DNA of 64,000 nt from an uncultured Poribacteria bacterium (GTDB taxonomy: Bacteria; Poribacteria; WGA-4E; WGA-3G): positions 224,001 through 288,000 of the forward strand of contig CATQHZ020000001.1 in the NCBI GenBank assembly GCA_958296135.2, in the 5' to 3' direction. Below the pieces are notes generated by a model. It was not told where the DNA came from and did not search any database. It was given only the letters and a program-made list of their open reading frames with translations. Made by a program: the position numbers and the translations under genes. This document shows positions 31,190 through 40,371 of this stretch, one piece after another (the first letter of the stretch is position 1; each line of letters starts with the position of its first letter).

Positions 31190-31624
31190 ATGACATTCAC
31201 CTATCGATTCTATCTGCGCGGTGGCGTGACGTTCGCCAGCCTGCTTATCATCGCAGCGTTACTCATCGGGTGCAGCACGAAAACTGGGACGCAGGAAAGT
31301 GCCGCTATGCAGCAGCTTTCTGCCACCCTCACTGAAATCGATGACCACGGTAACGCTGTCACCGGTCTGCTCAGTGAGGCGTTCACCGCGCGCGGGTGGC
31401 AACTCGGCGACACGCTGGAGGCAACATTTGCAACCGGACAGACAATCCAGCTCAAGTTCGTTGAGAACTACGGCGACGTCCCAGTCGGCAACTACTTGGG
31501 CCGATTTTCTACCTCCACGGGCCGGTTTAAGATTGCGATTAACCGTGGTGACATCGCTGAAACGTTGCAGCTAAAAAGCGCGAGCAAAGTGACGCTCCGA
31601 AAAGTAGCGCAACCGGCGCAGTAA
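31190..31624 (+). CDS. Lipoprotein resembling the C-terminal domain of SAM hydroxide/halide adenosyltransferases (DUF62)
   Basis: Lipobox LIGC; IDDHGN, YGDVP.G......S.G...IAIN.G..A..L. Confidence 0.7.
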   Translation: MTFTYRFYLRGGVTFASLLIIAALLIGCSTKTGTQESAAMQQLSATLTEIDDHGNAVTGLLSEAFTARGWQLGDTLEATFATGQTIQLKFVENYGDVPVGNYLGRFSTSTGRFKIAINRGDIAETLQLKSASKVTLRKVAQPAQ

Positions 31625-31663
31625 GCAGAACTTCCATCTCATTTGGAGGCGAAAGGACCGGAA

Positions 31664-33244
31664 ATGCTTCTCACACTGAAACAGGCAAGCGAATGGGCAT
31701 CGCAACACCTACGGAAAAACGTCACACCCGCAAACATCACCTATCTTATCCAATACGGACGGATTGAATCTGTTGTTGAAAACGGCGTAACGTTGATTCC
31801 CAAGGAAAGCCTCGTCGGTTACTACAACGCTTCCCTCAAACAGCGAAAGGCACGCTGGAAAACCGAACTCGGCGATGACTTGAACTGGGCGTTGTCCTTT
31901 GAACAGGTAAAGGAAGCGGAAACCACGAAGCATGTCCATCGACTGCACCCCTACAAAGGAAAATTCATCCCGCAACTGGTAGCGTATTTTTTGGACACGC
32001 ACACCGACGAATTTAAACGGGATACGTGTTTTCAACCCGGCGACATTGTCCTCGACCCGTTTTGTGGGAGCGGGACAACGCTCGTTGAAGCAAACGAGCG
32101 TGGCATGCACGCAATCGGCATTGATATTTCGGCATTTAACGCTTTCATCGGAAATGCCAAAGTTGCCACCTACGATTTCCTTCAACTCTGGGAGGCCAGC
32201 AGGGAAATTACGGCGGCACTCCGGCACTTTTACTCACGCAACGGTGCCCCCGCGTTTGAAGAAGCACTTGCAGAAAGGCTCGCGCACTTCAACAAACAGT
32301 ATTTCTCCGTTTCTTTCAAAAGCAAAGTCAGAACCGGAGAGACAGACCAGAAGTGTTACGGTGCCGAAAAGGAATCCGAATTTCTGAAAACGTATCGCCA
32401 ACTCGTCGCCGATTACGATGTTGACTTACAGATGCCAACTGATTCTGCACGTTTTATCAAGCAATGGTATCTTCCCGGCATCCGGGCAGAAATCGATTTC
32501 GTCCACAGCCTGATTCACAAAGTGGCAGAGAGCGGCACACGCAGTGCCCTGATGCTCATCTTAAGCCGGACGCTCCGCTCATGCCGCGCCACGACACACG
32601 CCGATTTAGGCACGTTGCGCAAACCCGTAACGACACCCTATTATTGCCGAAAACACGGAAAAATCTGCAAACCGCTATTCTCCATCTTGCGGTGGTGGGA
32701 GCGATATAGCAAGGATAGCATCCAACGCTGGCGTGATTTCAGCCGGTTGAGAACGGACACGTTTCAGCACTGCTTAACCGGGGATTCGCGGACAATGAAC
32801 ATCTTCGCGATGCTCCAGCAAACACATCCGCAGCTCGCGGAGCTTGCCCAAACGCAGCGGATTAAGGGCATTTTCACCAGTCCGCCTTATGTCGGCTTAA
32901 TCAACTATCACGAGCAACACGCTTACGCCTATGACATTTTCGGATTCAAGCGGCTTGATGAATTAGAGATTGGCCCGCTTTTCAGAGGAAAAGGGCGCGA
33001 GGCACGGGAATCCTATATTCACGGTGTGTCGGAAGTGCTGAAAAACTGCAAACGATTTCTGGCAGCGGATTACGATGTCTTTGTCGTCGCAAATGATAAG
33101 TTTAATATGTACCCGACTATCGCGGAAACAGCGGGAATGCACATCGTTAAGCAGTATAAGCGGCCCGTCTTAAACCGGACAGAGAAAAATCGAGGCTCGG
33201 CGTATTCCGAAACGATATTCCACCTCAAAGAGAAAACGAGTTGA
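31664..33244 (+). CDS. Type II DNA methyltransferase (N4-C/N6-A) with N-terminal HTH
   Basis: HPYKGKFIPQL, DPFCGSGTT, TSPPY. Confidence 0.9.
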   Translation: MLLTLKQASEWASQHLRKNVTPANITYLIQYGRIESVVENGVTLIPKESLVGYYNASLKQRKARWKTELGDDLNWALSFEQVKEAETTKHVHRLHPYKGKFIPQLVAYFLDTHTDEFKRDTCFQPGDIVLDPFCGSGTTLVEANERGMHAIGIDISAFNAFIGNAKVATYDFLQLWEASREITAALRHFYSRNGAPAFEEALAERLAHFNKQYFSVSFKSKVRTGETDQKCYGAEKESEFLKTYRQLVADYDVDLQMPTDSARFIKQWYLPGIRAEIDFVHSLIHKVAESGTRSALMLILSRTLRSCRATTHADLGTLRKPVTTPYYCRKHGKICKPLFSILRWWERYSKDSIQRWRDFSRLRTDTFQHCLTGDSRTMNIFAMLQQTHPQLAELAQTQRIKGIFTSPPYVGLINYHEQHAYAYDIFGFKRLDELEIGPLFRGKGREARESYIHGVSEVLKNCKRFLAADYDVFVVANDKFNMYPTIAETAGMHIVKQYKRPVLNRTEKNRGSAYSETIFHLKEKTS

Positions 33245-33248
33245 AGCG

Positions 33249-34019
33249 ATGCAGTCACAACGACAGACGATGATTAAAGAGAGGCTTATAGAGTGCATCC
33301 AGACTAAATTCCGCACCTATACGCCTGAAACGAACTATATGCCGTTCCACCACCGCTTAATTGGTAAAGATAGGATGGCATTATTTTCTTTTATCCAGTC
33401 CTTGAATACGACATTTGGAGTGTCCATTTACGAGCCAGTCGCTCTTGAACTAGCACGTAACCGATTTCGGGTCGCGGAGACACAGGTTAAACCTGCCGGG
33501 ACAATTAGCACCGAGGCACACCGGCAAATCCAAACTATCATCAATGGGTTGGTGAGCACAACGAGAGAACCTGACAGAACCGTCGAAACGGAAGAAATTA
33601 GAGCGGTTTGCCAAGTCGGAGAGCTCAACAGTGTGAAACTAACCCGGGTCGACATTTGGCTGGAAAACCACGAAGGCGAGTTGTTTTTAATTGATCTGAA
33701 GACTGTCAAACCTAACGTGAAGGGGTTTGAGTCATACAAACGAACGCTCCTAGAGTGGACTGCGGCAGAACTCGCGCGCAACCCAGATGCTGTTATCAAA
33801 ACAATAATTGGCATTCCCTACAACCCTTACGAACCCGGACCGTATCGCCGGTGGACGATGAGAGGGATGTTTGACATGCAAAACGAAATCTTGGTAGCAG
33901 CAGAACTCTGGGATTTTATCGGTGGAGAAGGCAGCTACGCAGAACTGCTGGCCGCCTTTGAACTCGCCGGTGTTGAACTGCGCCCTGAAATTGATAACTA
34001 TTTTGAGCAATTCAAATAG
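33249..34019 (+). CDS. TdeIII/MjaII-family type II restriction endonuclease
   Basis: MPFH.RL.GKDRMALFSFIQSLNT.FG.SI.EP, D....IDLK..KPN, PYNPY; adjacent to the MTase. Confidence 0.85.
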   Translation: MQSQRQTMIKERLIECIQTKFRTYTPETNYMPFHHRLIGKDRMALFSFIQSLNTTFGVSIYEPVALELARNRFRVAETQVKPAGTISTEAHRQIQTIINGLVSTTREPDRTVETEEIRAVCQVGELNSVKLTRVDIWLENHEGELFLIDLKTVKPNVKGFESYKRTLLEWTAAELARNPDAVIKTIIGIPYNPYEPGPYRRWTMRGMFDMQNEILVAAELWDFIGGEGSYAELLAAFELAGVELRPEIDNYFEQFK

Positions 34020-34065
34020 CCTCACGTCGCCGAAGGTAAGCACCTTATGCGTAACGCCCTCTCTT

Positions 34066-35151
34066 TTAAAACCGATAGAAAGCCCGCGCGTTTTCCGCCA
34101 TGATTTTCTGCTTTAACGCCGGCGCGAGACTTTTCGGCAAGGCATGCGCCGGCGAATCAAAATCCCAATGCGGATAGTCGGTTGCAAACATCAACTTCTC
34201 ATCCACGTCAAGTTGCGCGAGCAATTGGTGAAAGTATTCTTGCTTCGGCGGCTCCTCAATCGGCTGTGTCGTAATCCAGAAATGCTCACGGATATACGCC
34301 GAAGGCAACCGCTTCACGTCAGGCACTTCCTCGCGTAACTTTTTCCAAGCGCGGTCCAGCCGCCACATCAATGGCGGTAGCCAAGCAAATCCACCTTCAA
34401 TGAGAACCACCCTGAGCATCGGAAAGTGTTCAAAGACGCCTTCACAAACGAGGCTGGTAACTTGTGTTTGGAAAGCCTGTGTCATGCCACCGTGGTCTTC
34501 GATGTAGTGCGATGGCCTGCCGACTGCAGTAATCGGTCCCGCGCCAACGCCGGTGAAGTGGATGCCAATCGGAAGGTTATGCTTCGCTGCAGTCTCATAC
34601 ATCTGCCAATATTTACGTCGTCCCAACGGTTCCATCGTGCGCGCAAGCAGCAACACTTGCACGAACCCCGGATGGTTTGCAAGCCGCTCAATCTCGGCGG
34701 TTGCGAACGCTGCGTCGTCACAAGCCACGATAATTGAGGCGCGCAGTCGCGGTTCAGGTTCAAGCCAATTCTCGATTTGCCAGTCGTTTACGGCGCGTGC
34801 AAACGCGGCAGCATACGCAAGGTTCGGCATCTCACAGACAGGCGTTAAGCAGTTGAGGATGCCGTATTCAATGTGCCATGCGTCAAGCAGCTGCTCCCGC
34901 AGAAAATCCAACTCTGAGCCGGGGCGTTGCCCGGAAGGGGGCCATGCATCGTACCGGGCCCCATACAGATGCGCGCGAGGGATGTAGGCCCCGACGCGGT
35001 CTGGTGTCCCCACCATCTCGTGATGTCTCCGCCAGCGTTTGGAAAGATACGGATACAACACCCTTTCTGAAGCCAGCGTGTTATGCACATCACAGTCAAT
35101 AATTGGCAGTTTCTGCCGTTTGGGTTCTTCAAGCGTTCGTGTTTCTACCAT
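34066..35151 (-). CDS. Amidohydrolase_2 family protein
   Basis: IDCDVH, NDWQ...WL, EGVF..FP.L.VV.IEGG..W, TDYPHWD. Confidence 0.9.
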   Translation of the reverse strand: MVETRTLEEPKRQKLPIIDCDVHNTLASERVLYPYLSKRWRRHHEMVGTPDRVGAYIPRAHLYGARYDAWPPSGQRPGSELDFLREQLLDAWHIEYGILNCLTPVCEMPNLAYAAAFARAVNDWQIENWLEPEPRLRASIIVACDDAAFATAEIERLANHPGFVQVLLLARTMEPLGRRKYWQMYETAAKHNLPIGIHFTGVGAGPITAVGRPSHYIEDHGGMTQAFQTQVTSLVCEGVFEHFPMLRVVLIEGGFAWLPPLMWRLDRAWKKLREEVPDVKRLPSAYIREHFWITTQPIEEPPKQEYFHQLLAQLDVDEKLMFATDYPHWDFDSPAHALPKSLAPALKQKIMAENARAFYRF

Positions 35152-35246
35152 TTTTATTTTCCCTTATCCGTAATTAATCGATGTAGAAATAGGGCAAGCC
35201 CAGGCGAGCTCCATCTACCACGCTCGCCCTACAGCCGCGAGACGCA

Positions 35247-36350
35247 TCAACGTAATTTGGGATAAAATTCCCTCGCATTTTCAGCCAAAATCCTGCGGGC
35301 AAGGGATGTCGGCAGCCCTGCGGGGAACGCCTCTTCAGCCGAATCAAAGCACCAATGAGGATAGTCAGTTGAAAACATCAGCAAGTCTTCCGAATCTAGC
35401 TGCCCGACAATCTGGAGCAATTCCGCCGCGGTGGGCGGTGCGTCAATCGGTTGGAGCGTCATCCGGACATGCTGCCGGATATACGCCGAGGGCGGCTGTT
35501 TGACCCAAGGCGTAAGCCCTCGCAACCCGCGCCACTCCTTATCAAACCGCCACATGAGCGACGGCATCCAGGTGACACCGGTTTCTATGAGCACAACGCG
35601 TAAATCCGGAAACTGATCAAAAGCTCCCTCCGAAACGAGACTGAGCACCTGCGCCTGAAATACCTGCGCCATGCCGACATATTCCTCTAAATACGTCGAA
35701 GGCCACCCGACAGAAGTCGGCGGAAGTCCCGGCGCACCGCCGTAATGGATGCCGACTACCAATTGATGCCGCACAGCAGCTGCGTAAATCGGATGATACC
35801 GGCGATTGCCGTAGGGTGCCTGTGAACGTGCCGGCAGCATCACTTGGACAAACCCCGGATGCCCCCCGAGACGCTCAATTTCTCTGGCTGCGAGCGCGGG
35901 ATTTTGGCTCGGCACAATCAGCGAACCGCGGAGGCGCGGCTCCCGGTCCAACCAATGTTCAATCTGCCAATCATTGACAGCGGAAGCCAATGCCGCCGCC
36001 AAGTCTTCGTTATGGACGCTCTGCACGCGATACGCACACGTCAGGATGCCGTACTCAACGTCCCAGACATCAAGCGCGTGCCCGCGGAGCAGTGCCAAAT
36101 CGGAGGCCGGACGATTTTCCGAAGGAAGTGTGAGCCCCGGGCGGATGGATAGCGGCACACCACTGGGGTAATCGTTCGCATCGGGCCCAGGGAAGCCGGA
36201 CTCTTCGCAATAGTCACACCAATAATCCGGCAGATACGGGTAGAGCATTTCAAGCGACGGTAAGCGGTTGTGCAAGTCACAATCTATCACAGCGAGGCCC
36301 GCCTGAACGAAACCCTGTCTCCGATTTTCTGTTTCTGTCTGTCTGTTCAT
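35247..36350 (-). CDS. Amidohydrolase_2 family protein (paralogue)
   Basis: IDCDLH, NDWQ, STDYPHW. Confidence 0.9.
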   Translation of the reverse strand: MNRQTETENRRQGFVQAGLAVIDCDLHNRLPSLEMLYPYLPDYWCDYCEESGFPGPDANDYPSGVPLSIRPGLTLPSENRPASDLALLRGHALDVWDVEYGILTCAYRVQSVHNEDLAAALASAVNDWQIEHWLDREPRLRGSLIVPSQNPALAAREIERLGGHPGFVQVMLPARSQAPYGNRRYHPIYAAAVRHQLVVGIHYGGAPGLPPTSVGWPSTYLEEYVGMAQVFQAQVLSLVSEGAFDQFPDLRVVLIETGVTWMPSLMWRFDKEWRGLRGLTPWVKQPPSAYIRQHVRMTLQPIDAPPTAAELLQIVGQLDSEDLLMFSTDYPHWCFDSAEEAFPAGLPTSLARRILAENAREFYPKLR

Positions 36351-36571
36351 GCAAATCTCTTTCCGATGCATCGAGTCAAGTTCAAATTTTTGCGCAGCGG
36401 GTTTCAGTTTGTTATGGCGAACATTTGAGAACTGAACGGCTCTGAATTTTTCATAGACAACTGATACGAAAAATGCTATACTTTGCAATGGCACCCTTAA
36501 AGCAGCGGCGCGCCTCCACGATAGGCTATGATACACTAAAACCCGCTTTCGCGCAAGAGAAATGAAAACTC

Positions 36572-37621
36572 ATGAAAGTTGACAACACTTTTGACAAAAC
36601 CAAATTAAAAAACCTGCTCAACGCAGCATACGCCCTCAATCTACACGCCTTAACTTTTCTACCGGAAGGCGAAGATAGTTACGGCTACATCGCCACGGCA
36701 GAAACATCTGGTAGACGCAATCTTCCGGGCGCGACAGGGAAGTATTTTGCCAAAGCCGCAACTTCCGTGTCGGAGGCATCTTTGCGCATCGCATCGCACT
36801 TGCGAGAGCGGTGCGGCATCTCCGAAGTGGTTGCGCCTTTGAAAACGCAAAACGGCGCGCTGAGTCTCGCGTGGCACGATTTCCGCGTCTCCCTGTTTCC
36901 GTTCATTGAGGGCAAAAGCCGATGGGAACTGTGGAAAATCGGAGAAGATTTTGCGGATACCGAATTGGCAAAATGTGGCGAATTGCTCGCCAAGGTTCAC
37001 GGCAGCACAGCGGCAATCGAACCTGAACCCCAGGGGCCCGTCCCTCCGCTCACCCTAGCAACGTATGACTTGCCCCTACGACACGAACTCTTCGCCGTGC
37101 TCAAGGCCGCCGAGAAAGGAGCACCGTGTCAAAACCGATACCAACGCCAACTGCTTGAAGCAATCTCTCAGCATCGCGCCGCTGTCCTGCAAACCCTGGC
37201 GAGATACGACAGCCTCGGGCGTTCAGCAGAAGCACTGCAAACGCCTTTTTGCATCACACACGGCGACGCGACACCGGGGAATCTCATTCTTGATGCTGAC
37301 AATCGATTGCACCTGATTGACTGGGATGGCGCATGCCTCGGCCCACCTGAGAAGGACCTGGTTTCTTTCACAGGCGAACGGTTTGAGATAGTTTTGGACG
37401 CATATTTGAAACGCCATCCCGCAACGCTACACGCCGATATTTTCGGACTCTATATCTACGAATGGACGCTCAACGAAATCCGAGACTACGGCACCAAAAT
37501 CCTGTTCAAAAACAGCGACACACAGCAGAACGAATATGACTGGGAAAGCCTGCAGGAATACCTGCCGCCAGCCCAGGATGCGATGGAGGTAGGCATCGCG
37601 GCTATCCGTAAAATGTTGTAA
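36572..37621 (+). CDS. Aminoglycoside phosphotransferase-like kinase (APH(9)-like)
   Basis: FLP.GED, HGD...GN, IDWD....P.E.DL. Confidence 0.8.
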   Translation: MKVDNTFDKTKLKNLLNAAYALNLHALTFLPEGEDSYGYIATAETSGRRNLPGATGKYFAKAATSVSEASLRIASHLRERCGISEVVAPLKTQNGALSLAWHDFRVSLFPFIEGKSRWELWKIGEDFADTELAKCGELLAKVHGSTAAIEPEPQGPVPPLTLATYDLPLRHELFAVLKAAEKGAPCQNRYQRQLLEAISQHRAAVLQTLARYDSLGRSAEALQTPFCITHGDATPGNLILDADNRLHLIDWDGACLGPPEKDLVSFTGERFEIVLDAYLKRHPATLHADIFGLYIYEWTLNEIRDYGTKILFKNSDTQQNEYDWESLQEYLPPAQDAMEVGIAAIRKML

Positions 37622-37699
37622 GGACAGATTCTCATTAACAGTATGTTTATAGGGTGGATTTCTAGAGCCACCCGCGCCCCCGATAATGGAGGACAAACC

Positions 37700-38428
37700 A
37701 TGTCTCACATCAAATCCGTGCTCCTGTGGGAAAACCAACGCCGTTATATCCGCGAGGCACTCGATGCCGGCACCCTCAAAGGCGCGATTATTCCCACCGG
37801 CAGCACAGAGCAACACAACGAACATCTCGCGATGTATCACGATACGCAAAGCGCCGTCTACGTCTCCAGATTGGCGGCGGAGAAGCTGTTTCCGCAGGTT
37901 ATCGTCACAACACCGCTGGCGATTGGCGTATCCGAACATTGGATGGAACACAAGGGCACACTGACGCTGCGCCCCGAAGTCTTCGGCGAAGTGCTCTACG
38001 ATGTCGCCGACAGCATGCGCCGGCACGGCATCCATAATATCTTAATTGTCAACGGACACGCCGGCAATTCGGCACCCGTGCAGGAACGCTTGGACGGTTT
38101 CCGCCAGAGACTCGGCATTAACCTCGCGTATCACTCCTACTGGGAAGCATACAGCGAGGAGCTGGTGCAGGAACAGATGGAATCCGGCATCTGCCCTGGG
38201 CATGCAGCGGAGTTCGAGACAGCGTTCGCACTCGCCGCCTTCCCCGAAAATGTGGATTGGAACGACGTGGCTTACGACAGCGCGAAACTCACCATCTCCG
38301 ATACCGGGCAAGCCACGGCAGACCGGGAGTATCATCACCAAGCCAAGGTAGCAACCGCCGAAAAGGGCCAGGCGATGATTGATGTCGCCGTGGCATGGGT
38401 TGCAGAACGGATGCAGGCGATGCTGTAG
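37700..38428 (+). CDS. Creatininase family protein
   Basis: P.GS.EQH..HL...D, G.SEHW, NGHAGN, HAAEFET. Confidence 0.9.
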   Translation: MSHIKSVLLWENQRRYIREALDAGTLKGAIIPTGSTEQHNEHLAMYHDTQSAVYVSRLAAEKLFPQVIVTTPLAIGVSEHWMEHKGTLTLRPEVFGEVLYDVADSMRRHGIHNILIVNGHAGNSAPVQERLDGFRQRLGINLAYHSYWEAYSEELVQEQMESGICPGHAAEFETAFALAAFPENVDWNDVAYDSAKLTISDTGQATADREYHHQAKVATAEKGQAMIDVAVAWVAERMQAML

Positions 38429-38489
38429 GCGCGCTGATACACCACGGGCCGTTAGGCGCGCGTTGAAAGCGCGCCTAACGGTTTTGGGG

Positions 38490-39278
38490 TTAGTGGCCCT
38501 CAAGTGCCTTCCGCAACCCATCGCCGTGCTCGCGCCACCAACTGTAGAGAATCGAGATATCGGTGCCGATGCAGAAATGCCGCACGCCCATATCCAAATA
38601 CTGCCGCGCGCCATCGGCACTGCCAATCTCCGCGCGCGGCGGAACACCCATCTTTATCGCTGTCTCAAAGACTTTTCGCTCCGCCGCCCGGATTTCCGGC
38701 GCGCCGCGCTGGCCCGCCATACCGATGCTCATCGAATAATCCGCGCCGCCCCACTGGATCATGTCAACACCTTCAACCGACAGCACCTCCTCAAGGTTCT
38801 CAACAGTGCCGCTCTTCTCAATCATGATGACGACGACAACATCGCGCAGGGCCTGAATGTAATCCAGACTGCCGCCGTATCCCATATAAGAAAATCGGCG
38901 CGTTGCGACACCATAACTGCCGCCATCCTCGGGTGTATCGGCACGCGTAATGCGAACGCACTCCTTCACATCTGCAACGTTTTGGCAATCCGCGTAAAGC
39001 ACACTCTGGAAGCCGGAGCCGATAGCGCGTTGCGCGATGAAGCCGCGCGGCTCCTGGTCTACTTTAATCATCGTCGAAATGTTATGCAGCTCCGCCGCCC
39101 TGCACAAGTTGTCCAAATCATGCAGGTCAAACGGACCATATTCACCGACGAATTCAACGTAATCATACATCCCCGTGTGGCCAATCGCCTCCACGATGGA
39201 GGGCCACGTCGTGTGGATGTGCGTGCCGACAGTAGGTTTATCGGCGTTCAATAACTCTCGAAAGGTATTTTTTCTCAT
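38490..39278 (-). CDS. HpcH/HpaI aldolase family protein
   Basis: DYVEF..E, MIE, VEGVD....G.ADYS.S.G. Confidence 0.88.
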   Translation of the reverse strand: MRKNTFRELLNADKPTVGTHIHTTWPSIVEAIGHTGMYDYVEFVGEYGPFDLHDLDNLCRAAELHNISTMIKVDQEPRGFIAQRAIGSGFQSVLYADCQNVADVKECVRITRADTPEDGGSYGVATRRFSYMGYGGSLDYIQALRDVVVVIMIEKSGTVENLEEVLSVEGVDMIQWGGADYSMSIGMAGQRGAPEIRAAERKVFETAIKMGVPPRAEIGSADGARQYLDMGVRHFCIGTDISILYSWWREHGDGLRKALEGH

Positions 39279-39544
39279 CAATTTCACCTTTTGTCTAAAT
39301 CAGGATTTGCAGGATGAGAGGATTTACGGCATTACAAAGGATTACAGACCGCGGTGCCTCTGTCAAACCTAAACGCCTCTATATTAGCAAAGACCGGAGT
39401 TTTTTTCAACTGATTTCTGGATTGCATTGCAATGCGATTTGACGACGATGCACGGGACAAGCACGCGCCAAAAGCGCGATATGTATACTTTTTGCCGAAA
39501 AGTATACATATCGGATGATTATCTTAATGCCCTATAGCCATTTT

Positions 39545-40370
39545 ACCGTCGCGCGAAAAAGGCCCCTTTCACCGTCGCGCGAGGGAAAACCCGGCGATCG
39601 CGAATCGCCGAGGGTGCCCCTCGCGATCTACCGACCTCCCAAACAGCCCCTTTTACCGTAGCGCGAGGGCCTGTCCCTCGCGATCTACCGACCTACACGA
39701 AAAACGGCCGAAGCCCCGGGACTTCGGCCCTCTTCTCTACAGACCGATGCATGGCGCGGCACAGGACCGCGCCCTACGGTTTAAGAAGCGTTTTTAGTCA
39801 CCGTAGCGCGAGGGCCTGTCCCTCGCGAAGCCCCGCGCAACAAGAAAGGCCCTTTTACCGTAGCGCGAGGGCCCGGCGAGCGCGAATCGCCGAGGGTTCC
39901 CCTCGCGATCTACCGACCTACACAAAAAACGACAGAAGCCCCGGGACTTCGGCCCTCTTCTCTACAGACCGGTGCCTGGCGCGGCACAGGACCGCGCCCT
40001 ACGGACTAAGGGCCTTTTAACCGCAGCATGGCGCGGCACAGGACCGCGCCCTACGGACTAAGGGCCTTTTCACTGACGGGCCCTTTTCACCGTAGCGCGA
40101 GGGCCGTCACGCCGAAACTTTGTCATCTCTGCCGCCTCGCTGCAGAGATGTCCACTGTCCCTCGCGATCTCTCTCGATTGACCGATGCATGGCGCGGCAC
40201 AGGACCGCGCCCTACGGACTAAGGGGCCCTTTTAACCGCAGCATGGCGAGGGACAGGCCCTCGCCCTACGGTAGAAGGGGCCCTTTTTACCATCGCGCAC
40301 GAAAAAACAGCCGCAGCCCCAAGGGGCCACGGCCGTTTTCTACATGGCGAGGGACAACCCCCGCCCTCCA
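39545..40370. repeat. Large REP/BIME-like mosaic cluster
   Basis: More than 10 GTAG palindromes (ggcgcggcacaggaccgcgccctacgg; gtagcgcgaggg..ccctcgcga) with duplicated linkers. Confidence 0.9.
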
Positions 40371-40371
40371 T

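Noticed and set aside
36572-37621. Bona fide antibiotic resistance gene
   Set aside because: Only general APH/choline-kinase fold motifs are visible; the substrate cannot be assigned.
39545-40370. CRISPR array or small ORFs (MARHRTAPYG...)
   Set aside because: Irregular mosaic of REP palindromes; the ORFs are translations of the repeats.
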